From NCBI GenBank assembly GCA_001179505.1, contig CDMY01000253.1:62001-126000 (forward strand): 64,000 nt of DNA. The letters are read 5' to 3'. The position numbers were made by a program, and so were the translations under genes. The DNA is from Vitrella brassicaformis CCMP3155 (lineage: Eukaryota; Protista; Chromerida). Numbering within the stretch: position 1 is the stretch's first letter; each line of letters begins with the position of its first letter. Below the pieces are notes generated by a model. It saw only the letters and a program-made list of their open reading frames with translations, ran no database searches and was not told where the DNA came from. This document shows positions 1-11,497 of this stretch, piece after piece.

Positions 1-1196
1 GGGGTGAGCGACTGCTGCGACGGGTCAGACGAGTTGAGAGGGAGCGAGGTGAGGGGGGAGGGTGGCATTGATAGGGGGAGGAGGGTCGGGGGGGTCTGGG
101 ATGAATATGAGAGGGGGGAGGTGGCTGACGTGTGTGGGTGATGGACTGACTGGACGAGGCATGATGATGCATAGATAGGGGGATGGGTGGGTCTGGCGAT
201 CGACGCTGGGTGTTGTGACGATTCAGCTGGCCTTCGTTTTTGTGTCGTTTGTCGTGTGACTTGACCGACTTACCATGTCAATATGACCTTCGTGCGCGTG
301 TGACCGTTGAGCGGAAAGGCATAGAGTAGTGTTCGAACACGTAAGCCACCGGTTTTGACCATACACCCGGCCCCTCACACTCCCACACATACAAACTCAC
401 ACCTTCATTCACTTCATGACAGCCAGATATCTATGCTGTCCCTCCCGCACTTCGGGACTGCGGTGGCAAGCCAGCAGCCTGCGCATGCAGTAAGTAACAC
501 ATAAAGGTGGGTGGGCAGCATTGCAACCTACCTACACTGGCTGCGTCCGGACTCGTTAGTTACATGTATCGATGTGCTCTACTACCGGTGGGTGCTGTGG
601 ACGGGTCCATTGATGAATGAATGCTTCGTCTCTTCGTCGCTTCCCGACACGTTGTCTCTTTTCAGCCTCTCATGGCTGCCCACACTTTATATTTGAGTGG
701 CGAGTGGTCTTCGCTGGTACCAGCTGGCTCGTTTCACTGTTTTGAAGGGGCGCACATCTCTGTGATGTGCTTGTCTTCAGTGTGCTGTAAGCTTAGGGGT
801 GAAGATTTCACATGATGCAATGACGTACGCTTCAGAAGAGACACAAAACTGACACAAATGGTATCATGTTACCTCCAACGCATCTGTCTGTCAACGCCCA
901 CATGTCCGCCTCCCCGCTCATCTATCTGCCTGCACCTCCCCTCCTGGTGTCTGCCTGGTCTGGCTATCACTTCCAGCCATCCCACGCTGTCAACTGGCCA
1001 ACGACTCACAAACTGAGAACCCGACAGACTGACAAGCAGACAGGCAGAGAGGCAGACGGCCGCTGCACACATGTATGGTATGGACACATCGCGACACCTC
1101 CTTTGAGCGTCGCTCCATCCATACACACACCTCTCCACAACTCACTCATTCCCTCAGCAGCCAGCCATACGCGCTGCATGCACCTATCGGCTCTGG

Positions 1197-1822
1197 TCAA
1201 AAGCCAAATCGAAGAAGCTCGTTGACCAGAGCCGTCAGGAAGACCAGCAGTTGATCTAGGAAGTAGTCGCTTTGGCTGCCTATCCGCTTCACAATGTCGT
1301 CCAGGTATGTGTTGACGACGTCAAGCAATTTCTTGACGAGATCTTCAGTGGCAGCCAGATGACCGGCGATCTCATCCTCGTCAGATCCCCGGGGCTTGCG
1401 AGGCTCGTCTGGGGTGGCTGCCGCCACTTTGGCCTTGAGCTCGTCAACTCGCTTCAGGGTCGCCCTGACCTCATCCACAATGCTGCTGCCACGAGGGTGG
1501 TCATCGGACTTCTCTGCAGCTGTCCCCGACACACACACACACACACACGCAACAAAGGTCACAGCAAGTAACGTCGGCCCTCACAGCAAGTGACGTCGGC
1601 CCCTCCTCCTTCCTTCCCGCCCTCGCTACAGGACCTACCATGTTCCTCTGATGTCTTGCCAATTGTTGCGAGGAACTCCTCCAATTGCTTAATGATGGCG
1701 TCGACGTCGCTGTCTCGGCTCTCTGCCTTCGATGAGCCACTCGACGGCGCGGCGGCGCAGAGGGGCGCTAGAAGGAGGATGGTAGCCACCAGGATGGCGC
1801 TTGTCATGACGTTCTTGTACAT
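1197..1822 (-). CDS. Small secreted, predicted alpha-helical hypothetical protein (2 exons, ~170 aa)
   Basis: Signal peptide MTSAILVATILLLAPLCAA. GTAGGT donor at 1638, phase-compatible CAG acceptors near 1514/1520, TGA at 1197-1199. Joins ORFs 1559..1822 and 1197..1562. Confidence 0.75.
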
Positions 1823-1957
1823 ATCGCTTGCGTCAGCTTGACTCGGTGCAAAAGGTTTGTGTACCGGGACTGTAAATCTGTAAATGCGCTGACTTCCCCC
1901 AGACAGCGTCTATCGCATCCGATTCGTCGTATTCATGGACACGCACACAGAGCGATG

Positions 1958-3781
1958 CTATCCGTCTCTGGGCAGGCTGAGTCTCAACAGGGCAAACTCC
2001 ATGTTTCGGGGGTCGAACAAATTCTGAAGGCACGACTCACGAGCAATAGACCGACAAGCATCATCGACGCTCACATCAGCTCACCGGCTCGCGATGATAG
2101 ATGACGAACCTGCAGGAGCAACAAGGTCGATGAGGACAATCGCGCATGGCACTGCCTGGCTGCACAGCCGCCTACCCATTGTCGGCAAGTGCCCGCATGA
2201 GTTGCCTTACAGGTCCAGGCTTGACGTGTACTCGACCCTTTTTCGGTGTGTGGACCTATTGCACAAAAAACAACAAAGGAGAGACGTGGACTCAGTCGGC
2301 AGCCCTCTCCCCTCCGATACGTGTGCAACCTTAGTACCTCGATCAAGAGCTGTGCATGAAGGCCAAAATGTGCAGGCAAAAAATGAGGAGGAGGAAGCAC
2401 GATATCAAAACATGCCCACCTGCGTGATCGGCGGAAGACTGCGACGTTCTAGCAGCGGCAAAAGGGCCCTGAACTCGTCGCCTTCCACGTCAACCTTCAG
2501 AATATCGATCTGTCTTTTCCTGTGCCCCAGTGTCCTGAATGGGAGAAGCGGGTCAAGACCTTCTCTCTGCTGGCTTCTGCTGGTCGTCACTTGATGATTT
2601 CGGGCAGTCCCTTGACGCTGTATGCCTGCCCTTCCCCAACATTGACCTGCAAGAGAAAGAGGGAGGTGTGGACAGACAAAACAGAGCGATACGACCTGGT
2701 AGTCATCGCCGGGCGCACTCAACTTCCACGGATGAAACTCGACGCCATCGGGCTTGTTCTGACATATCAGACACAGCGCATCGACGCCACGCAGCCATAC
2801 ACCCCTTTGGCCCCCCCTCGCCCCTCACTCTGAGTTCCGCCAACGAATAATCAAATGTGTGCACCTCGCAGCCGAGCCTTTCCACTATTGCCGCCTCAAA
2901 GCCCCACTGTACCACAGAAAGAGTGCCTGATCCTACTGCGTTCTACTCTGAACGGTTTCTCACCTCATTCTTGCCTCCGACTGAGTAGACAAGGCATGGA
3001 GGCGACCGCTGGCCCTTCGCCGCATTTCTCCGAGGTATCTTGTCCGGATCACACACCTGACAGCCGCAAGAAAGGCAGGCTATGGGGCAACGAGTCAAGG
3101 ATGTCTGGTGGCTTTGTCTTACCCATTTGCCGCCATCCCCATTGTCACCCATACTCTCGATGAATCTGACATCGCCAGGGGTGAAATCGACGTGTCGGCA
3201 TATCGATTGTAATCAGTCTGTCTACTCACGAGCAGGTCCAAGAAGGGTGGAAATTGAACCTGACAGCAGGTTCCACAGACAGATGAGGCAGGCTCAAGTC
3301 ATGTTGTCTTTTCCCCTTGCATCCATAGCGTCGCCAGCTCTTGCAGCCGCGAGCAGTCCTTCTTGGCCGTGCTCGGAATCAAGCCTTCGCTGCTGGAGTT
3401 GTCAGCGTTTGATGAGTGAAACCTGAAGGGTGGGAAGGGACAGACACGCGACCGTCATATTGCCTCCTGGCTGCGCAGTGCTCACCTTTGCAGTGCTTTC
3501 ATTCTCTCCCACAGCGACTGCATATGTGCGGCCAGTAGGGAAGGCTGGCCAGCGGCCTCCAGCCCCGCTGGAATAAAGTCGTCCAGACCGTACCATCCCT
3601 GGCTCCCCTTGACCACCTTGGCCACCACGGAGTCGAGCGAGGGGCTGTGCGATGAGTTGAACATGGCGTTCCTCTGCTGAAATCGGCTCACGGCTGTGTC
3701 AGATCTCCCCAGCCACCACAGCGCAGAGATGAATCCGAGGGCTGCGGCCGTTAGCGTGACACCATGACGTGCATCCAACAT
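1958..3781 (-). CDS. Methyltransf_22/METTL24-like (FkbM-related) methyltransferase with N-terminal membrane anchor
   Basis: Spliced motifs FNFHPSWTC, CLVYSVGGKNE, WGFEAAIVERLGCEVHTFD, IDILKVDVEGDE, QLLIEV, GFVIYHREP|NLFDPRNMEFALLR. TAG at 1958-1960. The start could be 3781 or a further-upstream ATG. Confidence 0.85.
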
Positions 3782-3986
3782 CGAAGAGGATCCGTAAGAA
3801 AAATGCGAGCTTGGCCAGATCTGCAACCAAGCTCGCAGGTTGTGGAAGATGGAGAATTTCGACATGGCATCACATCCGCAGAGGCGTCCACGTAGAGGGG
3901 CTTGCAGCACGACGCGCCGAAGTGACCCACTTCAGTCCGAACGCAGCAGCCGGCCCTCGCAACGATGGCCATCCATCACTCGGCCA

Positions 3987-6900
3987 ATGTGGAGGACCGC
4001 CATGACCCTCGCGCTGTCGTCCTTGCTCGTCAGCATGCTTTCTTCCACTGTCGATGCCTTTCTCATGCTGCCGGCGAGGCAGCAACTGTTGTCTGTGAAA
4101 GATCTGGGCAGCAAGTTGCCGGAGAGGCCGGGGATTCGGTTACCACGACCACAGCAGCATTGTCCTTTCTCCCGCTCCTCACCCATGGGCCTTTCTGCGA
4201 CTGATGATCGTGGGAGTGGTGCTGCTGACACCGATCAGGCATCGGACGTGCCGCCTTACAGGGCTTCCATCACGCTGCTCTTCGACGGCTCCAACTTCAT
4301 GTGTCAGCAGTATCTATCACTGCTGTGGGCGCGGGACTATGGCGTGTCAGCCTTGAAGCTCGTGGACATCTCTTCGCTGACACAAGAGGAGTCAAGGCGG
4401 CTGGAGAGCGAGCTGGTAAACCGCGGCTTCAACCAGCTGACCATCGGCAACTGCAGGTGTCGCGTGCATGCCATTCTGCCCGACGGCCGCCTTCTGCAGG
4501 ACGTCCAGAACGACCCCCAGACCCTGCTGTTTGAGTACAACTATCTGCGTAGCGCCATCAGCAGCCGCACCGGCCCGCAGCAGAGGCTTCTCGACTCGGC
4601 CGTCCAAATAGAGGTCGCGAGGAGGCGGGCGACCAGGAAGGGCGACTGGTGGATCGACCAAGAGGTGGCAAAGACGGCGGCCAAGCAGCTGGAGAAGGAT
4701 GGGTTTGTCGTGGTGGAGCGGTTCCTGGAGGCCTTCCAGTGCGAGTCGGTGCTGAAGGAGGTCGAAGGGCTGGTGAGGGAAGACACCGGGCTGGGCAAGG
4801 AGCTGAGGAGGGACGGCGTCAAGGTGCCTTTGCTTGAGAAGAACGTGACTTTTGAGGAGTACAATTCCCAAACCGTCGATGGACTCAGCCGGGCGCTGGG
4901 CACGACGTCCGGTAAGTGCGCCAACTAACTAGTTAGCCGAGGAATCTTCTGACTTTCTGTCTGCGGGTGTGTGTCCTTCTTGCTGTGAGCAGGTGTGGTG
5001 GACCAGGTGGACGGATTGATGAGGGCCGTGGCGCCCCACCTCTCGGCGGTGGCTGCAAACCCTTCACAAATGAGAAGGCAAGGCCGCACATTGCACCGGG
5101 CACTGTTGCTCTGACACCCACAGCTCAGCTCCTCCATGAATGTGTGTCTGTCTGTATGTGCAGGATCGGCGACGCGGTCCTTTTCTGCCGCGACCAGGAT
5201 GGAGCGTCAGCACTGAGCGAGCCGTCACAACGTGACCCACCATCTGCCCTGCAGGAGGGCGCCAAGAGGTTCTATGCGGCGCTGTTCGTCAACACAGACT
5301 GGAGCCCCAGCGGTGAGCACACAAGCTACCATTGGAGGCGATGCGAACTGCTCGTTCATGAGGTGCTTTCTGTCCTGCTCAGTTGGCGGGGGCCTTCGTC
5401 TGTCGGCGCCGTCGGAGTCCTCGCCGTCCCCTGTGCCAGTGCTGGAGGCAACGCCGCTCGGGGGCCGTCTGATCCTGTTCGACGCACAGAGATACATGCC
5501 CGAAGTAAACAGACTGATTCATGACAGGACGCATTTGCCATGACGACTGGCAATGTCGATCGATTGCGTCACTTCCCCCTCTGCAGCTACCAGCCTGCTT
5601 CGCGACCAGCTACGAGGTCCAGTTTGAGTACCAGCTCACGCCAGTGACTGCCTCTGACCAGCCCCCCTCGCCGCCCATCCCCACCGAGCCCTTTCCCCTC
5701 CCCGACGACACCGAGAGGCAACTCGCAGCCACCATCAGCAGGCTCGAGGCACAATCGGGTGCAACCAACAGCAACGGCCCGCCACAGCTACTATCTGCCT
5801 CCGCAATGGAAGCAGCCTCGTTCTCTCGGCCGTCTGCATGGCATAGGGAAAGGGAGAGGGACGGCCGGTTCTCGTTGAGGCGGCTGGCTTGGGGCATGGA
5901 CGAGTGGCGTCAGAACGAGTTGGGGGGGAGGGGTGGGCGGGATGGGTGTGGGTATGGGTTGACGGCGCTTGCGGCGGTGAGGGACTCAACGAATCTGGTT
6001 GAGAGTGTCGGCCGCGAGTATGTGGATCCCTCTGAATATGACCAAGCCATCGAAGCCCTCAGCGACGAGGTGAGGGAGGTGTGCGCACATTGGCAGGCAG
6101 GTCAGACAGCAAGAATCCATGTGATGACACGTGAGTGTGTGTGCGTGTTCAGGAGTTGATGCGGCTGATCGAGAATGGTCACTTTGGCGCCATTCCAGGG
6201 CTTAAAGAGGAGATGGACAAACTCAGCGTGAGTGGCCACCACCACCGCCGCACACACAGCCACCAGCCCAGCATCTCTCCTGTGCGTCTGTAGGGCTCTG
6301 AGGAGTGGAAGGCTCTCGAGCCAGAAGGCCCTGCCCCCGACACAGAGACCCCCGAAGAGATACAGAAACGCCTGGACGCACTCCTCCAGCAAGAGCAGGA
6401 GCAGGCTCACGCGCGGCAGGAGTCGGACGAGCGGCTGATGCGACAGAGGGGGCTGGATGTGGCCAAGGCAGCAGCGCTGGACCCCAACTACCTGGCCGAC
6501 CTGGCAGATGTGGACCCCATCGATTTTGACGACGGCGAGGACGAGGGCGAGGGCGAGGGTGACGGCGAGAATGCGACGCCTGAGGAGAGGCTCGAGAGGA
6601 AGGACCGTGTGCGGGAGACTGAGCGCAGGAGGGCCAAAAAGTTCCTGCAGAAGCTCTATGAGGTGACCTGATCAGGGAGAGAAAGGAGAGGTGACCGACA
6701 GGGCACCGAGGAAGGCATGCGTGTGTGTGTGTGTGTGTGTGTGTCAGGACATGAATCTGAAGGCCGGTGATGTGCACGAGGAGCCCTTCACCCTCCCAGA
6801 TGGATCCACTGACGTGTAAGCGCTGCCACACCGATGGCATCCATACGCTTTCCACCCATGACGTGCCTTTGATCTGTGTTGTGTGGCCCATGCAGGTATT

Positions 6901-7410
6901 CATGGCGTGAGACGCCAGAGGAGCTGGAGGTCTGGGTGCCGACGCCAGATGGGCTGGGCAAGAGGGGCGTGGTCTTCGGCTCCACGCCATCGTCGATCAG
7001 CATTGGGTTTAGGTCACCTGCCGACACACACGTCGCCACCGTCCTCGACGGAGAGGTCAGCATCTGGACGGATGGATGGATGGATCACTGTACAGTCCGC
7101 CCATATCTGTCTGTGTCCGGTGCGTGTGTGTGTAGCTTGAGGGCCGGATAATGTCTGACGAAACCTACTGGACCATCGACACCGACGACAGGTCGCAGAG
7201 GCAGATGCTCCACGTAAGAAACAAGACAAAGGAAAACACATCCGTCAAAAGAAGAGGCTACGCTGCCGGTGGTATAACATCATGCACATTTGGCGTTCCT
7301 GTGCGTCTGCTAATCTGTGTCAGGTGACGTGTCCCAAGCGGAGGAACAAGGAGTCTCAGTCGATGTGGGGCCGCATCTTTCGATCAACTCAGGAACAAGA
7401 GGCGACATAG
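3987..7410 (+). CDS. Signal/transit-peptide protein fusing a DCC1-like (DUF393) domain, a degenerate EGLN/PHD-like 2OG-Fe(II) oxygenase domain and a C-terminal CS (p23/NudC-like) domain
   Basis: All exons splice in phase from MWRTAMTLALSS to TAG 7408-7410. ITLLFDGSNFMC...LKLVDIS...VHAILPDG is DCC1-like; YAALFVNTDW..GGGLRL..TPLGGRLILFD is EGLN-like; YSWRETPEELEVWVP...YWTID...MWGRIF is CS-like. Confidence 0.8.
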
Positions 7411-7873
7411 CCAGAGAGAGAGGCGGGGAGAGGGGACGGACGGGTGGATGAGCGTGTGTGGCAGGCACAAAGTACAGCTGCATTCAATCTTCCTTCTAGG
7501 ATTGGGACTTGATTGATGCGACTACAGCATTTGAATGCGAGTCTGAGCGGGATGATGGCCTTGGAACATGGAAGCACTCCGTTAGTCAGTCATAGTGTCC
7601 CTCCCCTACCACTCCGTGCGCCGTCAGTCACACGAGGTGCCGTCTGTTTGCTCGACAGCCACTGAGTACATTTGGCAAACCAACCAACTCACGTGCGTAC
7701 GTTGCAAAAGATGACCCAGCCCAACAAACTCTGCGCCTCTGCTAAAAACCGATAGCAGTCAGTCACCACTAGCGTGCCCGCATGACCCCACTCAGCAGCA
7801 GATATATCACAGTCAAGTAGGGACGACACATATCCGCGTCGTGAGGCGACGACCGAAACCCCCACACACACAA

Positions 7874-10800
7874 CTATTTAGCAAAGAATCTCTGCAGCCC
7901 AGCGACTCTCTCCCTGGTTGCTGGAGTGTCATCATGGTCCTTTCCCCCATGCTCCTTGTCCCCACTGGCCCCGCTCTTCTGAGACATGGCCTCCTCGCTG
8001 TCCTCAGGCAAGGTGGGAAGAGACTTTCGTCCTGACGTTCTCAAGGACCGATTCGGCGACTGCAGCCCGAGCGAGCCCCCGCCCCCTCCCCCACCAGCAC
8101 CGTGCTGTGCTTTGTGGTGGCTCTCTGCTTTCTTCCTGATGCTTTCGAGGATGGAGTTGTGCTGGTCGTCCTGCTCCTTCTTGCTCATCTTGAGCTGGGA
8201 TTCCAGCCCGTGGGCAGGTGTCCGTCTGGAGGTGCCGGGGGTATTTGTGGCGCTAGAGGGGTTGCTGCTCGACGGCGACTGCTGGCTGCGGGGGGTGCGG
8301 GTCTCGAGCTTGGGGGACACGACACGGAACTTCTTGCTCTCCTGACATAGGCTCGACCACTGCCAGTACGACTCGTTCTGGCGGGCCTGTCTGAGGACAT
8401 CCTGGTCGATCCGCGGACAGCTGCATGTGTTGCGAACAGAGAAGGGAGAGATGCGTGTGTGCCCCGGCTGGCGTCTGTGAAGTGCTTGCAGTGTAGGGCG
8501 TACTCGAGAACGTCGGCGAATGCCGTGTACCTGCAGGTGAAGGAGTGCATCAAGGAGAGGGGACCCATGCAAATAAGCATCTTGGGTTACGTATGTGTCT
8601 CTATGTCTCTTGCTTACATCGGTATGCAGATGCAGTTGATGAAGTCCACTTGAGACTTCTCGAACACCAATGTGTCGCGGTCACAGAGAGGGCTCACCGG
8701 CAGACCCTCTGCCTTCTCACAGTCACCCTGACAGACATACGCACATCCACACACACACGCACAAGCCAGCTCCCCCGTGTCTCAGCCAGCATCGCCTCTC
8801 TGCAGATGCACCCACCTGTTTGAAGAACTCCTCGATAATAGCCCGACTCCACTTCTCGTGAAGTTCCCTTGGCTTGCCGGCATGGCCCAGGTCGGCACAC
8901 TTGAGCATCATCTTGTACAGCTGAAATCGGTCCTCCCAATTCCGCAGCAGCTCCGCCCTGGCGCCAGAATCGTTGGGGCCTCTTCCGCCTTGCCGACAAG
9001 GGGAGTCATCCGCGAGTAAGGTGGAGGATCTCGATGAGAGGAACTTGGCAAAGTGTGCCCTGAAGGTGGCGACGAACTCAAAATGGCGCTTCATGTCCGT
9101 CTCCAGGATCATCTCTACCACGATCAACCTGTGTGGAGCAAAGACGTGAGAAGGTGGAAATCGTCCAACGCTCGGGCTCAGCTCACCTTGCTGTTCTGTA
9201 CTCGTCCTTCTGCAGCCGGTCGAGGGCGTTGCAGTCGGCCTCTTTCATCACCTCAAACGTGGTCGCTGGAGGAAACAGGGGATATATATGAGGACATTCG
9301 AGAAACGTGAAGCACGTGAGTGACTCCCCTCTTCCGTCTCAGACACAAACCGACCAGCGTGATAGTTTTCCAGGACGGATTTGTCGTTGTAGCGCACAGC
9401 CAGGGCCTGCTGACTACTCACCTGCGCACACACCCGGGTGTGGTGGATCAATCCGTCCCACTGTCGCTCTCTCCCTCTTTGGTCTTCTGACCGCACGCAC
9501 CATATATGCGTTATTCTTCCCTGGGTGTCCCACGTCATGACACGCGCAGGCGAGCACGAATGCGACCATCTCGAGCGGCTGAATCAACTCCAACCAATCT
9601 GGCAGATACATCCATGACAATGTTTACGGCATGCCACGGGAGGGAATGAAGTCTGATCTCTCCCACCCACTTGCGGCGAGAGCAAAATAGAAGGCCGAGT
9701 TGGTGACGTCAGCGGCGTGCAGGGCGTTGTGATACGCATTGGAGGGCACGTAGAGGGACTCGATCTTGGACACCAATCGGGTGAATTTTCTTCGATCCAG
9801 ACCCAAGTGTGTGATCATGTCATACCTGCACACACACGAGACCAGACCCAGGCACGCGCCACACCCACCACAGATTGAAATTTGAAATGAGGCCTGTCTC
9901 GCCGATGCGATGATGATACAACACACCCGAATGAATGCATACCGTTGGTTGATGCCCATGACGATGGTCGATAGCGGATGGTGTCTCGACGCCACGTCGA
10001 GATCGAACACGTCAAGTGCCCACACACCAATGACGTTCTCCGACGCCATGAGCTTCTGAATTTCAATGCCCGTCTGCAGGCCAACACCCAGCAGGGTGCG
10101 GTCCATTAGCCTGCATTGATTGAACAAACACAGCCTTCAAATGAACCATGCCCCACTTCCCCTGTCGTGTCTCAGTCACCCCACCCAGGACTATGCACCA
10201 CTCTCGCAGCGGGCTTCTGGCCAGATGTAAGGTCCTCGACATAGCGCCGCACATCGCTCTTGCCCTGCCCTTCGTTTGATGACGAGTCGGAGAAACACAT
10301 GGAGGAAAGGTCAAGCTGGAAGAGGGTCTTGGCGCCCTTGTCTACCGCCGTCCGTGCATATTTGACCACTGATAGCACTTCGCTATTTCGCTCGTACCGC
10401 CTCTCCAGCACGGAAAGCTTCTCGAGTAGCATTTCCAGGGCAGTCCGCATCACAGTGGTGGGCGACCGGTCTGTCGGATTGTCCAGAAACTCGAGGGAAG
10501 CCGTGCCTTCGATGGGGAGGTAGCTGAAGGTCTGTCGAGCTGTGTAATCTTGTACGTATGCGTTGTAGACGGCGATGAGGCCTCCAACAATGACCAGCAC
10601 GTCTCCAGTCAGATCCCGCTCCGCCGATGGCCAGACTCTCAAAAGAAGGCTATTTGCAGTGGCAAATGGCAGCATGAGGGCCGGTCCAGGGGCGAGAAGC
10701 GACATGAGAAGCTCTCCAAAGAAGGGCACCATCCACGTGTCGAGTGATGGGAAGGGCTTGCTCGCTTGAAGCGTCAGAGCAGCCATGATGACCAGCTGCA

Positions 10801-11269
10801 AGCTGAAGCACGTTACCACCGTGATCTGCCGTGAACCGAGCCCCAGCCGACCAGTGGCGAGAGCAGCAGACCCCATGAGACACAAAATGCCACCAAGAAT
10901 GAGAAAGGGCGAGACAAAGCCATTCATAGTCTGCCCTTCAGCTGAGGATGAGCATGCTTTCACTGCCGTCTGTGTCGAGGGCTCGCCTGCATCGAGGTCA
11001 GTCGTCGGCGTCGCACTGCACGTTGCTGACACGGGGTCTTCTGCGCCTTCCGAGAAGTACAACAGGGCGGCCGCCCCGAGGAAAAGAAAGGCAAGCAGCA
11101 GCCCGAGCAAGCGAAAACGGTAAATCGTGACCCTCGCCCTCGCAGAAAAGAAGGCGGCGAGATGCTCTTCGGGGAGAAGGTCTTGCAGCCTGATTGCTGA
11201 GAGGCGGGGAAAGACAGTCGGCCCCTTCCGTGAGCGCAGGCCGGCGATGGAAACCTTGGGACTTGCCAT
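7874..11269 (-). CDS. Class I 3',5'-cyclic nucleotide phosphodiesterase with N-terminal multi-TM region (apicomplexan-type)
   Basis: YHNALHAADV, ACACHDVGHPGKNNAYM, YNDKSVLENYHA, ILETDMKRHF, KCADLGH, EEFFKQ|GDCEK...SQVDFI. Hydrophobic helices in the first exon; phases consistent; TAG 7874-7876. Confidence 0.95.
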
Positions 11270-11497
11270 CGAGGAAAAAGGAGAAGACGCCAATGCGAGC
11301 TGACGAATGGGACCAAACGGAAACTGCCAGTGGGGGCGAGACTCGTTTTGTCTGACAGTGTTGTTAGCTGCTGTGAGAGGAGATCCCACGGAGGCTACGT
11401 CCACAGCCTCCCCTCCCGTTTTGCCTGCCCCATTCCATTTTGTCCATTTGCGTTCATCATCCCATTCCCCGTTGTGTCTGTTGACCCATCAGCCCTC

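Noticed and set aside
1-870. Possible minus-strand gene fragment (ATG|GTAAGT at ~272, candidate exons ~273-500)
   Set aside because: I could not build a consistent reading frame or recognise any motif.
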